Shown one piece after another: positions 20,016 through 30,864 of a stretch of 64,000 nucleotides of DNA (positions are counted from its first letter, which is position 1; every line of letters begins with the position of its first letter). The stretch comes from Bifidobacterium breve. GTDB taxonomy: Bacteria > Actinomycetota > Acidimicrobiia > Acidimicrobiales > Ilumatobacteraceae. The stretch lies in assembly GCA_945862045.1 (NCBI GenBank), contig CAMAWR010000004.1:5376-69375 (forward strand), read 5' to 3'. Position numbers and translations under genes: made by a program. Under the pieces are notes generated by a model. It saw only the letters and a program-made list of their open reading frames with translations, was not told where the DNA came from and searched no databases.

Positions 20016-20749
20016 GACACGAGCGCAAACCCGCCGTCGACCACGATGACCTGGCCAGTCATGTGTCGGTTGCGCACGATTCCCAGCACGGCTTCTGAGC
20101 AGTCACTGGCATATGCCGAGCGCTTCAGCGGTGAGACCTTTGCGACGAAGTCGTGCATCACGCCCCAATCTTGCGTCCAGGGTGTTTGCACCAGGCCGGG
20201 TGCCACCGCATTGAAGCGAATCGGGCCGTGCGACTTGGCCAACAACAACGTCATGTGGTTCAGGGCTGCTTTGGTCATGGCATACGCCATTGAGCTGCCG
20301 ACTGGTCGCACACCGGCGATTGACGTGATGTTCACCACGTTGCCGTCGTCGCTCTTATGCAGGTGTGGAATGGCTGCCTTGGTGAGCCACCATGTGCCGT
20401 ACACATTGACCTTGAAGGTTTTGTCAAAAATTTCGTCGGTCAACGCCTCAAGATCAATGTGGGGAACGACTGTCGTCCAGCCGGCATTGTTCACGAGGAT
20501 GTCGAGGCGACCAAATTTTTTGATGGTCTCATCGATCAAACGTTGACCCTGTGCTTTGTCGCTGATGTCGGCTTGCACATACGTGCCCTCAGTCGTGAGC
20601 GCAGTGGCAACTTTTTGCCCCGCCTCAACCGACGATACCGAGTTCACCACCACATGGGCACCAAGTTCGGCCAGGCGTATCGCCGTCGATTCCCCGATAC
20701 CGCTCGACGAACCCGTCACAAGGGCTACCTTGCCACTCAGTTCCCCCAT
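20012..20749 (-). CDS. SDR family oxidoreductase
   Basis: 245 aa with GKVALVTGSSSGIG, NNAG and Y..TKAAL motifs. Overlaps the start of the oxygenase gene by 4 nt. Confidence 0.85.
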   Translation of the reverse strand: MGELSGKVALVTGSSSGIGESTAIRLAELGAHVVVNSVSSVEAGQKVATALTTEGTYVQADISDKAQGQRLIDETIKKFGRLDILVNNAGWTTVVPHIDLEALTDEIFDKTFKVNVYGTWWLTKAAIPHLHKSDDGNVVNITSIAGVRPVGSSMAYAMTKAALNHMTLLLAKSHGPIRFNAVAPGLVQTPWTQDWGVMHDFVAKVSPLKRSAYASDCSEAVLGIVRNRHMTGQVIVVDGGFALVS

Positions 20750-20759
20750 TTGTCTGAGA

Positions 20760-21374
20760 CTAGACGCGACGACGAAGCTTCATGAAACCGAAGCGAAGCA
20801 GCAGCAGCACAATGGCGGCGAGCACCAACCACTGCAGCACCGCGACGTAGGGCTCGACTTTTTCCCACTGGTTGCCGAGCACGGCACCAGCGCCGATCAG
20901 CACGGTGTTCCACACTGCACTGCCCAACGCCGTGTAGGTAACGAACCGCACGAGCCGCATGCGACGAAACCCGGCTGGCACCGACACCACCGAACGAATC
21001 AATGGCACACAGCGCCCCAGCAATACTGCCGCAACGGCATGACGATCAAACCACTGCTCAGCCCGAACCAAATCAGAAGGTTTCACGCCGAACCACTTGC
21101 CGAACTTGGCAATGAAAACCCCGAGTCGAACGGGGCCAATCAAGGCTGCAACGTAATACAAGATGAGTGCACCGATGACCGCACCTACGGTGGCGGCCAC
21201 AATCATCAGCACCACCGAACCGTCACCGCGCTGGGCGACGAACCCGGCAAATGGCAACACGATTTCTGAGGGAATCGGTGGAAAAACGTTCTCCAAAACC
21301 ACGAGCAGTGCAACGCCGACGGCACCGAGACGTTCTATTACCTCTTGCACCCAGCCAGCAAGATCGCTTAACAC
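20760..21374 (-). CDS. dedA: DedA family membrane protein
   Basis: 204 aa with LENVFPPIPSEIVLPFAGF and RCVPLIRSVVSVPAG motifs. Confidence 0.85.
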   Translation of the reverse strand: MLSDLAGWVQEVIERLGAVGVALLVVLENVFPPIPSEIVLPFAGFVAQRGDGSVVLMIVAATVGAVIGALILYYVAALIGPVRLGVFIAKFGKWFGVKPSDLVRAEQWFDRHAVAAVLLGRCVPLIRSVVSVPAGFRRMRLVRFVTYTALGSAVWNTVLIGAGAVLGNQWEKVEPYVAVLQWLVLAAIVLLLLRFGFMKLRRRV

Positions 21375-21414
21375 AACGATGAACGGTAGTTCAGTACCGC
21401 ACGCCGCGCGTGTC

Positions 21415-22191
21415 TTACTTGCGGGAGAGCTGTTTGCGGTTTTTGAACTTCGCCGAGCGATAGTCCTTGTTCATCAACGCAATGACATCAAGCGAGATTT
21501 CTTTCGGGCAGGCTGCCGAGCATTCGCCGTGGTTCGTGCACGAACCGAAGTGCTCGTCCATCGTGTCGACCATCGCTTCGGCGCGCTTGTACCGCTCTGC
21601 TTGACCCTGCGGCAACAAATTGAGATGGGTCAATTTTGCGCCGACGAACAAGTTCGCGGCACTATTCGGGCAAGCAGCCACGCACGCGCCGCAACCGATG
21701 CAGGCGGCAGCGTCCATTGCCGCGTCAGCAACCGGCTTGGGGACCGGAATCAGGTTGGCATCTGGTGCACCACCGGTTGGTGAGGTGATAAAGCCACCCG
21801 ACTCGACGATGCGGTCGAATGCGGCACGATCCACCATCAGGTCTTTGATAATCGGGAAGGCATTCGCGCGCCACGGCTCGATCACGATCGTGTCGTCGTC
21901 TTTGAACGACCGCATGTGCAACTGACAGGTGGTAGACCCCCGTTGCGGCCCGTGGGCCTGCCCGTTGATCATCAACGAACACGTACCGCAGATTCCCTCA
22001 CGACAGTCGTGGTCGAACACGATTGCTTCCTTGTTCTCACCGATGAGCCGCTCATTGAGCACGTCGAGCATTTCCAAGAATGACGCTTCGTCGGTGATCG
22101 ATTCGATGACGTGCGTTTCGAACTTGCCCTTGTCGGCGGGCCCGTTTTGGCGCCACACCTTGAGCGTGAGGTTGGAGACCAGATGGGTCAC
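21415..22191 (-). CDS. sdhB: succinate dehydrogenase / fumarate reductase iron-sulfur subunit
   Basis: 258 aa with [22 protein letters not shown] and [12 protein letters not shown] clusters. Confidence 0.9.
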   Translation of the reverse strand: MTHLVSNLTLKVWRQNGPADKGKFETHVIESITDEASFLEMLDVLNERLIGENKEAIVFDHDCREGICGTCSLMINGQAHGPQRGSTTCQLHMRSFKDDDTIVIEPWRANAFPIIKDLMVDRAAFDRIVESGGFITSPTGGAPDANLIPVPKPVADAAMDAAACIGCGACVAACPNSAANLFVGAKLTHLNLLPQGQAERYKRAEAMVDTMDEHFGSCTNHGECSAACPKEISLDVIALMNKDYRSAKFKNRKQLSRK

Positions 22192-24134
22192 TTGTAGCTC
22201 CGCGTTGCGAGTTGGACCGTTTCAAACGAAAGTTGCTCTTCGTGACGTGTTGCGTTGTTCTCGTCGCCAGTCCATTCCCACGCGGCTACGTGGCAGAAAT
22301 TCTCGTCGTCACGCACGGCTTCACCTTCTTCGGTTTGATACTCGACGCGGAAGTGGCCGCCGGCGCTCTCTTCGCGGGTGAGCGCGTCTTTGCACATGAG
22401 CGTGCCGAGTTGAAAGAAGTCATCGACGCGACCAGCTTTTTCAAGCGTCTGGTTGATGCCTTCACCTGTGCCGGTGACCCGCAGGTCTTTTTTGAATTCG
22501 CTGTACAGCGCCGGAATTTCGGTGAGTGCTCTTTCGAGGCCGTTGCGATCGCGTTCCATGCCGCAATAATCCCAGATGAGTTTGCCCAATTCGCGATGGA
22601 AGTAGTCCGGTGAGCGCGTGCCTCTGACGTTGAGGTAGCCCTGAAAACGCACCTTGGCCTCGGTTTCGACACGTTTGAACTCGGGATGGTCTGTTCCCGG
22701 CACCGTCTTGTTCAACAGCGGAGCAAGACCATTGCTGATCGTGTACGGCAACACGAAGTAGCCGTCTGCCAGACCTTGCATGAGTGCACTCGCACCGAGT
22801 CGGTTGGTGCCGTGGTCGGAGAAGTTAGCTTCGCCGGCGGCGTACAAACCCGGAATCGTCGTCTGCAGTTCGTAGTCGACCCACAGCCCGCCCATGGTGT
22901 AGTGCGTTGCCGGGTAGATGCGCATCGGTTGGTCATAGGGGTTCTCGCCGGCGATTCGTTCATACATTTCGAACAAGTTGCCGTAACGCTCCTCAACAAC
23001 AGGCCGCCCGAGGCGCCCGATTGCTTCGGCGAAGTCGAGATACACGCCGTTTTTTAGCGGCCCGACACCGAGACCTTTATCCACCAAGCGCTTGGCGGCA
23101 CGTGACGAAATGTCTCGCGGGGCGAGGTTGCCGTAGGCCGGGTAGAGGCGCTCGAGGAAGTAGTCGCGATCTTGTTCTGGAATCTCGTGGGCCGCACGGT
23201 TTTCGTCGAAGTTCTTCGGCACCCACACGCGACCGTCGTTGCGCAACGACTCGCTCATCAACGTGAGCTTGGACTGTGTTGCGTCGGCCTGTGGAATGCA
23301 GGTGGGGTGAATCTGTGTGTAGCAGGGGTTGGCAAAGTATGCGCCACGTTGGTGGGCACGCCATGCTGCCGTGACGTTGCAGTTCATCGCATTGGTGGAG
23401 AGGTAGTAGGCGTTGCCATAACCGCCGGTGGCCAAGACCACTGCGTGTGCAGCATGGCTGGCCAATTCTCCGGTCAATAAGTCGCGCGTCACTATGCCCG
23501 CAGCACGACCATCGATGACGACGATGTCAACCAGCTCGCAACGGTTGAACAGACGTACGCCGCCCAGACCAATCTGACGTGACAACTGTTGGTAGGCACC
23601 GAGCAGCAGTTGTTGACCGGTTTGACCACGGGCATAAAACGTGCGACTAACTTGCGCGCCACCAAAACTGCGGTTGTCGAGCAAACCGCCGTAGTCGCGC
23701 GCGAACGGCACACCTTGGGCCACCATCTGGTCGATGATGTTGACCGATACCTGCGCCAAGCGATAGACATTGCCTTCGCGTGAGCGGAAGTCGCCACCCT
23801 TGATGGTGTCGGTGAAGAGTCGCGACACACTGTCGCCATCACCCTGGTAATTCTTGGCTGCATTGATGCCACCCTGGGCGGCAATCGAGTGGGCGCGTCG
23901 CGGTGAGTCGTGGAAGGTGAAAGCATCAACGCGGTAACCCAATTCGGCAAGCGACGCAGCAGCAGAGGCGCCGGCCAGACCGGTACCAACGACGATGACT
24001 TTGAACTTGCGTTTGTTGCTCGGGTTGACGAGCTTGGCATTGGCCTTGAAGTTGTCCCATTTGTCGACGAGGGCGCCGTCGGGAACTTTTGAGATCAACT
24101 TCGTATTGGTTGGACGGTCCTGCAACATGGTCAT
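22188..24134 (-). CDS. sdhA: succinate dehydrogenase / fumarate reductase flavoprotein subunit
   Basis: 648 aa with [14 protein letters not shown], the FAD-attachment context [14 protein letters not shown], and HYTMGGL. Confidence 0.95.
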   Translation of the reverse strand: MTMLQDRPTNTKLISKVPDGALVDKWDNFKANAKLVNPSNKRKFKVIVVGTGLAGASAAASLAELGYRVDAFTFHDSPRRAHSIAAQGGINAAKNYQGDGDSVSRLFTDTIKGGDFRSREGNVYRLAQVSVNIIDQMVAQGVPFARDYGGLLDNRSFGGAQVSRTFYARGQTGQQLLLGAYQQLSRQIGLGGVRLFNRCELVDIVVIDGRAAGIVTRDLLTGELASHAAHAVVLATGGYGNAYYLSTNAMNCNVTAAWRAHQRGAYFANPCYTQIHPTCIPQADATQSKLTLMSESLRNDGRVWVPKNFDENRAAHEIPEQDRDYFLERLYPAYGNLAPRDISSRAAKRLVDKGLGVGPLKNGVYLDFAEAIGRLGRPVVEERYGNLFEMYERIAGENPYDQPMRIYPATHYTMGGLWVDYELQTTIPGLYAAGEANFSDHGTNRLGASALMQGLADGYFVLPYTISNGLAPLLNKTVPGTDHPEFKRVETEAKVRFQGYLNVRGTRSPDYFHRELGKLIWDYCGMERDRNGLERALTEIPALYSEFKKDLRVTGTGEGINQTLEKAGRVDDFFQLGTLMCKDALTREESAGGHFRVEYQTEEGEAVRDDENFCHVAAWEWTGDENNATRHEEQLSFETVQLATRSYK

Positions 24135-24147
24135 AAATGTGCCTTTC

Positions 24148-24909
24148 CTAGACGCTGACGATTCCGACGGTTACGGCAATGGGAAATGAAATATTGCCGA
24201 TCACAACGATTGCCGCAAAACCACGGGCAAACGCCACGCGCCACGCATTGAATCGTGGGTTGTTCCAACCCAACGACTGAAAAATACTCCAGGCGCCGTG
24301 AGCCAAGTGCAGGCCGAGCAAGAGGTTGGCCACCACATAAAACAGCGCCACCGGCCAACGGTCGAAACTGCGCACCACATTGGCGTACACCTCGCTACGC
24401 ACATAGACACCATCGGTGCCGATGGTGTTGACGACACCGAACGTGAGGTCAAGCAGGTGCCAAACCATGAACATTACGACAACGATGCCCGACAGTCGCA
24501 TTGAGCGACTCGCCAGCGATGCTTCCTGGTAATCGCGTGCACTCTGATAACGAACTGGTCGTGCATGGCGGTTCAACACCGTGAGCGACCATGCCGCGTG
24601 CAAGTGCAGGGCCAGCATGCCGAGCAGACTCACACGAAGAATCCACAACACCGACTCTTTGGGGGCCAATGGGTACAGCAACTTTTTCAGGAACTCGGCA
24701 TACCCATCGAGTTCTGCCGCTCCGAGGTACATCTTGGTGTTACCCAACATATGGAACATCACGAAGCCCATCATCGCGATGCCGGAGATCGCCATTGCGT
24801 ATTTTTTGCCGACCGCAGTGCTATATAGGTCGAGCAACAACGGACGACGTTTGCGCGTACCTACGGCGGTCGCCGTGACAGGCTGACGAGTTGGCGTGGA
24901 GGTGCTCAT
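24148..24909 (-). CDS. sdhC: succinate dehydrogenase cytochrome b subunit (single large membrane anchor)
   Basis: 253 aa, multi-helix, with His residues in TM helices. It sits immediately upstream of sdhA/sdhB in C-A-B order. Confidence 0.75.
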   Translation of the reverse strand: MSTSTPTRQPVTATAVGTRKRRPLLLDLYSTAVGKKYAMAISGIAMMGFVMFHMLGNTKMYLGAAELDGYAEFLKKLLYPLAPKESVLWILRVSLLGMLALHLHAAWSLTVLNRHARPVRYQSARDYQEASLASRSMRLSGIVVVMFMVWHLLDLTFGVVNTIGTDGVYVRSEVYANVVRSFDRWPVALFYVVANLLLGLHLAHGAWSIFQSLGWNNPRFNAWRVAFARGFAAIVVIGNISFPIAVTVGIVSV

Positions 24910-25159
24910 AAGTACGACATTTACCTAAGCAAGACGCTAGTTCTGACTAGCCCCAACACCGAACCTGTCCACGGCACTGCTCGGCGTGAAGCCCGTCTCA
25001 CCGATCTGGGTCGCCAACCTCTATTCCAGCGAAAACAGCCTCAACCCGCACGCACGATTGGTGATTGAGCGGCAGGGCTCTGAATTCTCTACACTCATTC
25101 GAGCCCATAAATCGGAGTGTGCCTTACGGCTACTCCCTCATAGTAAGGACGAATATCAC

Positions 25160-27499
25160 GTGACTGCTCTCTTGGCATCTGAAGGCGGCTGGCAGGACTT
25201 CACCCTCCGCGGCGGCGAATGGCTAGTGCTAATTCTCTCCGGGGCAGCGTCGCTGCTGGCAATCGCGGTGGGGTTCTACCTCGCCAAATCCGTTCTCGCC
25301 GAGGACGAGGGCACACCAAAGATGAAAGAAATCGCCACGGCGATTCAAGTTGGTGCGATGGCGTATTTGAAGCGCCAGTTCCGCACCATCGGGATGATCC
25401 TCATCCCTGTAGCCATCATCGTGTTCGTCACCTCGGTCGCAATTCGTAAGCCCGACGAAACCGAAGCCTTGAGTTACATCTCATCAGGATTGTTTCGCAC
25501 CCTGGCCTTCTTGCTGGGATGCGTGGCCTCCGGGCTGACCGGCTACATCGGTATGACCCTTGCAACGCGGGGCAACGTGCGCACGGCTGCAGCGGCCCGC
25601 CGTGGTTCGATGCGTGAAGCACTTGGGGTGGCCTTTCGCACTGGTGGCGTGGCTGGCATGTTCACCGTTGGTCTTGGGTTGCTGGGCGCAACCGTCATCA
25701 TTGCGTTGTTCCAGAACACCTCGTCGGCGATGCTCATCGGTTTTGGTTTCGGTGGCTCGCTCATCGCGCTGTTTTTGCGCGTCGGTGGTGGAATCTTCAC
25801 GAAGGCTGCCGACGTCGGTGCCGACTTGGTGGGCAAAATTGAGGCAGGCATCCCCGAAGACGACCCACGCAACCCCGCTGTTATCGCCGACAACGTGGGC
25901 GACAACGTGGGCGACTGCGCGGGTATGGCGGCTGACCTCTTTGAGAGTTACGAAGTCACCCTCGTGGCGTCGATCATTCTCGGTGTTGCTGCATTCAATT
26001 CGATTGGTTTGAACCCCGCACTTGGCCTCGTATTCCCACTGGCCGCGCGTGCAATCGGCGTGATCGCCTCGATTGCCGGCGTGTTTGCCGTGCGGGCCAA
26101 GGAAGGCGAGATGAACGCACTGAAGCCGATCAACCGTGGCTTTTTGACTGCTGGCATCATCACCGTGATCGGCACACTCATCTTGTCGACGTACTACATC
26201 GGCAACCCGGCGAAAGGCTCGCCAGGTTTCGGCGAAACCACGGTGTCCATCTCGGGCATCGGCTGGCGCGTCTTTGGTGCCGTGCTGATCGGCCTGATCT
26301 TGGCCCAAGTGCTGAGCCGCCTCACGGAATATTTCACTGGCACCGAATACGGCCCAGTCGAAGAAATCGCCGAGTCGGCCGAAACCGGCCCAGCAACTGT
26401 CGTGCTGGCGGGCACCGCAGTCGGCCTCGAGTCGTCGGTGTATGCCATTTTGTGCATCGCAATTTCGCTTGGTGGCACGCTCTGGCTGGGTGGTGGCAAC
26501 GTGCAGTTGTCGCTGTATCTCGTGGCGTTGTGCGGCATGGGTATGTTGGCCACGACCGGTGTGATCGTTTCAGAAGACACCTTCGGCCCGGTGGCTGACA
26601 ACGCCGCTGGTATTGCCGAAATGGCCGGCGAATTCGAGGGCGAGTCACGCAAGATTCTGGTGAGCCTCGATGCCGTCGGCAACACCACCAAGGCCGTCAC
26701 CAAGGGCTTTGCGATTGGCTCGGCAGTTATTGCTGCCGTGGCGCTCTTTGCTGCCTACATCGAAACGATCGCAGGCGAACTGGGCTTTGCCAAGGAAGGC
26801 ATCACTGGTGATGCAATCTTCAGCGACATCCGCACCCAAATCAATGTCGCCGACGTGAAGACCTTCATTGGTCTGCTCATCGGTGGTTCGATTGCGTTCA
26901 TGTTCTCGGCGTTGGCGATTCGTGCGGTAAGCCGCACGGCTGGTGTCGTTGTGCAAGAAGTGCGCAAGCAGTTTGCTGACGGTGGCATCATGGCGGGCAC
27001 CAAACAGCCCGATTACGGCCCAGTTATCGACATCTGCACGGCTGCATCGTTGCGCGAGCTCACGACGCCTGCCTTGCTTGCTGTGTTGACACCAGTCATC
27101 GTTGGCTTCGGTATCAACTACTTCGCGCTGGGTGCATTCTTGGCGGCCGTCATCCTCACCGGTCAACTCATGGCCAACTATTTGAGCAACGCTGGCGGTG
27201 CATGGGACAACGCCAAGAAGTTCATTGAAGATGGCCATCACGGCGGCAAGGGTTCCAACGCTCACAAAGCAGCCGTCATTGGCGACACCGTTGGGGACCC
27301 ATTCAAAGACACTGCTGGCCCGGCACTCAACCCGCTGATCAAGGTGATGAACCTCGTGTCATTGTTGATCTTGCCAGCAATCATCAAACTGCAAGACAAC
27401 ACCTCGGCCCGCTACGCCATCTCCGGTATTTCGCTGGCGGTGCTGCTGGTCGCGATCTATCGCTCCAGCCGCAAGACGGTGAACTTTCAGGCTGCATGA
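25160..27499 (+). CDS. hppA: membrane-bound proton-translocating pyrophosphatase
   Basis: EIATAIQVGAMAYLKRQ, GGGIFTKAADVGADLVGK, DNVGDNVGDCAGM and AVIGDTVGDPFKDT motifs. I chose the GTG at 25160, preceded by AAGGA at 25145-25149. The ORF-track extension back to 24986 has no PPase similarity. Confidence 0.93.
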   Translation: MTALLASEGGWQDFTLRGGEWLVLILSGAASLLAIAVGFYLAKSVLAEDEGTPKMKEIATAIQVGAMAYLKRQFRTIGMILIPVAIIVFVTSVAIRKPDETEALSYISSGLFRTLAFLLGCVASGLTGYIGMTLATRGNVRTAAAARRGSMREALGVAFRTGGVAGMFTVGLGLLGATVIIALFQNTSSAMLIGFGFGGSLIALFLRVGGGIFTKAADVGADLVGKIEAGIPEDDPRNPAVIADNVGDNVGDCAGMAADLFESYEVTLVASIILGVAAFNSIGLNPALGLVFPLAARAIGVIASIAGVFAVRAKEGEMNALKPINRGFLTAGIITVIGTLILSTYYIGNPAKGSPGFGETTVSISGIGWRVFGAVLIGLILAQVLSRLTEYFTGTEYGPVEEIAESAETGPATVVLAGTAVGLESSVYAILCIAISLGGTLWLGGGNVQLSLYLVALCGMGMLATTGVIVSEDTFGPVADNAAGIAEMAGEFEGESRKILVSLDAVGNTTKAVTKGFAIGSAVIAAVALFAAYIETIAGELGFAKEGITGDAIFSDIRTQINVADVKTFIGLLIGGSIAFMFSALAIRAVSRTAGVVVQEVRKQFADGGIMAGTKQPDYGPVIDICTAASLRELTTPALLAVLTPVIVGFGINYFALGAFLAAVILTGQLMANYLSNAGGAWDNAKKFIEDGHHGGKGSNAHKAAVIGDTVGDPFKDTAGPALNPLIKVMNLVSLLILPAIIKLQDNTSARYAISGISLAVLLVAIYRSSRKTVNFQAA

Positions 27500-27906
27500 C
27501 CGCCACTGATTCACTCGTCGTGCGCTACTTGAGCGACGAGTGGATCTCAGCAGTTGCCCGAGCAATCGCAATTGACCCAAATGTCAAAACGGCGGCAACG
27601 GCCCACTTGGTCACCATCACGCAGTTGGTGACTGCTACCCCATTCGGTGATGTGTCCTACCACCTTGTGTGCCGCAACCAGGAAGTGGGTTTCAACAAAG
27701 GTGCCGTACCGAGTGACGTCACGTTCACGCAGAGCTATGAAACTGCGGTTGGTGTTGCCACCGGCAAGATCAACGCAGCAGAGGCATTCATCGGTGGCCA
27801 AGTTCGGTTCGTGGGCGATCACCAAAAGGTGATCGATGCCCAGCCATTGTTCGTCGCACTCGACGCCGTGTTCGCCCGCGTGCGCCTGCACACGGCATTT
27901 AATTAA
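27496..27906 (+). CDS. SCP2 sterol-binding-domain protein
   Basis: 136 aa. The C-terminal [20 protein letters not shown] matches the SCP2 G.L....AF..GK.k..GD signature. Its ATG overlaps the hppA TGA (ATGA at 27496-27499). Confidence 0.65.
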   Translation: MTATDSLVVRYLSDEWISAVARAIAIDPNVKTAATAHLVTITQLVTATPFGDVSYHLVCRNQEVGFNKGAVPSDVTFTQSYETAVGVATGKINAAEAFIGGQVRFVGDHQKVIDAQPLFVALDAVFARVRLHTAFN

Positions 27907-28889
27907 ATCAGGCCGAGGGCCTGCACCGCATCGCGTTCTTCCTGCAATTCGGCGACTGAGGCATTGATTTTGGCCCGGCTGTAGTCATCAATCGCCAGAC
28001 CCTGCACGATGTTGTAGCTGCCGTTCGCACACGTACACGGAAACGACGACACCAAACCCTCGGGCACGCCGTATGAGCCGTCACTCGGCACCGACATGCT
28101 CACCCAGTCGCCAGGGCTGGTGCCCAGCGCCCATGAACGCACATGATCGATCGCCGCATTAGCTGCAGAGGCCGCCGACGATGCACCACGCGCCTTGATG
28201 ACTGCTGCACCCCGCTTGGCCACCGTCGGGATGTACGTCTGGTCCAACCATGTGTCGTCATTGACCAACGACTTGGCTGGTTTGCCGTCAACTTCGCAAT
28301 GAGACAAATCGGGATACTGCGTCGTGGAATGGTTGCCCCAGATGATCATCTTTTTCACTGATGCGACCGGGCAGTTGACCCGGTTGGCCAGTTGCGAAAT
28401 CGCACGATTGTGGTCGAGGCGCGTCATAGCGGTGAACTGACGTGGATCGATGCCCGACGCATTGTTGAGGGCGATTAGCGCATTGGTGTTCGCCGGGTTG
28501 CCAACCACCAACACTTTGACATCTTTCTTGGCGTTCTTGCCGATGGCCTGACCCTGCGGTTTGAAAATACCGCCATTGGCCGACAGCAAGTCCTTGCGCT
28601 CCATGCCGTCTTTGCGGGGCATGGCACCGACGAGCAATGCCACATCGGCGTCACCGAAGGCGACGTTTGCATCATCTGTGAGCACGACATCATGCAACAG
28701 CGGGAAAGCACAATCATCTAGTTCCATTTTCACGCCACCCAGCGCCCCGAGAGCTGGGGTGATTTCCAGCAGTTGCAAAATGATCGGCGTGGTGGGGCCG
28801 AGCATTGCACCCGAGGCAATGCGGAAAATGAGGCTGTAGCCGATTTGGCCGGCGGCGCCGGTAACGGCGACTCGAACTGGTGTTGTCAC
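27903..28889 (-). CDS. mdh: malate dehydrogenase
   Basis: 328 aa with [24 protein letters not shown] and [12 protein letters not shown]. Confidence 0.95.
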   Translation of the reverse strand: MTTPVRVAVTGAAGQIGYSLIFRIASGAMLGPTTPIILQLLEITPALGALGGVKMELDDCAFPLLHDVVLTDDANVAFGDADVALLVGAMPRKDGMERKDLLSANGGIFKPQGQAIGKNAKKDVKVLVVGNPANTNALIALNNASGIDPRQFTAMTRLDHNRAISQLANRVNCPVASVKKMIIWGNHSTTQYPDLSHCEVDGKPAKSLVNDDTWLDQTYIPTVAKRGAAVIKARGASSAASAANAAIDHVRSWALGTSPGDWVSMSVPSDGSYGVPEGLVSSFPCTCANGSYNIVQGLAIDDYSRAKINASVAELQEERDAVQALGLI

Positions 28890-28917
28890 GGCGTCACACG
28901 CTAGACCATCTCGCTAG

Positions 28918-30864
28918 CTACAGCCGACCTACGGCCTGCATGATGAGGTCGGCGTAGAAGCGTGCGCCGGCCGGTCGCAGGTGTGTCGTGTCGGAGTAGA
29001 GATACTCGGGATATTGGCCGGCAATCGTGTGCCAATCGAGCACCTTCACGTTGGCATATTTTGCCGGCAAGGCATTGATCAGGCGATTGTTGATCGTCTG
29101 GCGTGGCTCACTCGGAACATGCACGGTAAGGAACAGCACGAGAGGTGTGTCGCGCAGCGATGCCATGATCTCATCGAAGACGGCTTCCGTCGTGGTGCTG
29201 TTCGTACCGAGATGAATCACCACGATCGAACCCAACCGCCGCACCGACTTGAGATAGTTCACGATCTCGAGTGCTTGGCGTGTCGATCGACTTTTCATCG
29301 CATCAACCGTGGCCCCCCGCTCGGATAGTTCACGGGCGCTGCCCAACATGACCGAGTCGCCAATGGCGAGAACGTCAATCAGCTGCCCGTCGAGGGTCGT
29401 TGTGGCGGTGACCGTTCCACCGCTCACGATGATCGGAGCAGTTTGAACGACGGTGGTTGGTGCCGATTGTGCCCCCAACAAGTTGACCACTGCCGACTCG
29501 CTCTCCGCCAGGCTTTGGCTGATGTCGTTCAACTTCACCTCGGCGGTTGCCAGGCTGAACAACGCGAAAGTGGGCAGCACCACACTCACGGCGAGCACAC
29601 CAGCTCGCCGCCTTCGAGTTGCGACGTTGAGTTGCACACCGATACCTCGTTCGGCGCGACGGTTGCGCCACCAAGTACCGAATCGGCCGTCGCGCACCGG
29701 CATTTCCACATAACGAAACGACAATTCGGTGAGTGCCAGCGCGAGGAGCACCAACAGCACGAATTCGTACGGCGTCAGACCTTGTCCTGCAAATCGTCGA
29801 TAGAACTGAAAGACCGGCCAGTGGTACAGGTACAAACCGTATGAACGGCGACCGATGTAGGTCATCACCCGATTGCCGAGTAGGCGGTGGGCCATGGTCG
29901 CAGTCGGATGCACTGCAGCAGCGATGACGGCAACACTGGCCAGACCTACGAAAAAAAATCCTCCACGAAAGAGCAGGTCGTAGCCCGTCGTCCCGACGTC
30001 GGTGGTATCAACGATGTCACGAAACACCGCTGCCGACACAGCAAGCCCACCCAAACCGGCGAGGAATACCCCGTCGAACAGTTGGCCACGCGTGCCGATG
30101 GGCGAAGTTTGTAGCAGCCAGGGTCGCCAAAACACGGCGAGTGCAGCCCCGAGAAACAAGCCACCAGCGCGGGAGACGGTGCCAAGAAAGAGAAAGTCGA
30201 TACGTGCAACGGGGTGACCGAGAAACGCCATGAATTGCTCTGGGGTTTCACCGACCGTGGCGATGGCGCCACTGCGATACGTCGCCGCGGTAAAAATTGC
30301 GATGGCGATTGAGGTAACGACGAACAACAGCCCGATGACCGGCAATCGTCGACGCGCGACCCGGGTGAAAACGAACATCAACAACGGCCACAACAGATAA
30401 AACTGCTCTTCCACCGCCAGCGACCACAAATGGCGAAGCGGCACGAAGTCGAATGCCGTGAAGTACGACGTGCCGACCCAAATTTGAAACCAATTGAAAC
30501 CGTAGAAGAGTGCGGCGATGATGTCGCCACGCAGATTACCCAGCATGCTGCGCTCAAAAAGCGAGCAATACACCGCCACACCAAGCAACAACACCCACAT
30601 GGCTGGCAATAGTCGCCGTGCCCGACGAAGCCAGAATTGCTTCAGGCTGATTGTTCCGGTGCGCTCCGACTCGGCGATGAGCAGTGAAGTGATGAGGAAC
30701 CCGCTGATCACGAAGAACACCTCGACACCGAGGAACCCACCACGCAACCATGATTTATTGGCGTGATACACGATCACCGCGACGACGGCGAGTGCCCGTA
30801 CGCCATCAAGTGCCGGTGAGTAACCAAGCAGGCTCGGGCGCTTTTCGCTCATTGCTCCACTCAC
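28918..30864 (-). CDS. acyltransferase-3 family membrane protein with C-terminal SGNH hydrolase-like domain (OafA/OatA-like)
   Basis: 648 aa with LDGVRALAVVAVIVYH, FFVISGFLIT, about 10 TM segments, then a soluble domain containing IGDSVMLG. Confidence 0.8.
   Translation of the reverse strand: MSGAMSEKRPSLLGYSPALDGVRALAVVAVIVYHANKSWLRGGFLGVEVFFVISGFLITSLLIAESERTGTISLKQFWLRRARRLLPAMWVLLLGVAVYCSLFERSMLGNLRGDIIAALFYGFNWFQIWVGTSYFTAFDFVPLRHLWSLAVEEQFYLLWPLLMFVFTRVARRRLPVIGLLFVVTSIAIAIFTAATYRSGAIATVGETPEQFMAFLGHPVARIDFLFLGTVSRAGGLFLGAALAVFWRPWLLQTSPIGTRGQLFDGVFLAGLGGLAVSAAVFRDIVDTTDVGTTGYDLLFRGGFFFVGLASVAVIAAAVHPTATMAHRLLGNRVMTYIGRRSYGLYLYHWPVFQFYRRFAGQGLTPYEFVLLVLLALALTELSFRYVEMPVRDGRFGTWWRNRRAERGIGVQLNVATRRRRAGVLAVSVVLPTFALFSLATAEVKLNDISQSLAESESAVVNLLGAQSAPTTVVQTAPIIVSGGTVTATTTLDGQLIDVLAIGDSVMLGSARELSERGATVDAMKSRSTRQALEIVNYLKSVRRLGSIVVIHLGTNSTTTEAVFDEIMASLRDTPLVLFLTVHVPSEPRQTINNRLINALPAKYANVKVLDWHTIAGQYPEYLYSDTTHLRPAGARFYADLIMQAVGRL

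Noticed and set aside
25484-26308. 274-aa minus-strand ORF inside hppA
   Set aside because: It is antisense to an unmistakable H+-PPase and has a biased Arg/Asp/His-rich composition.
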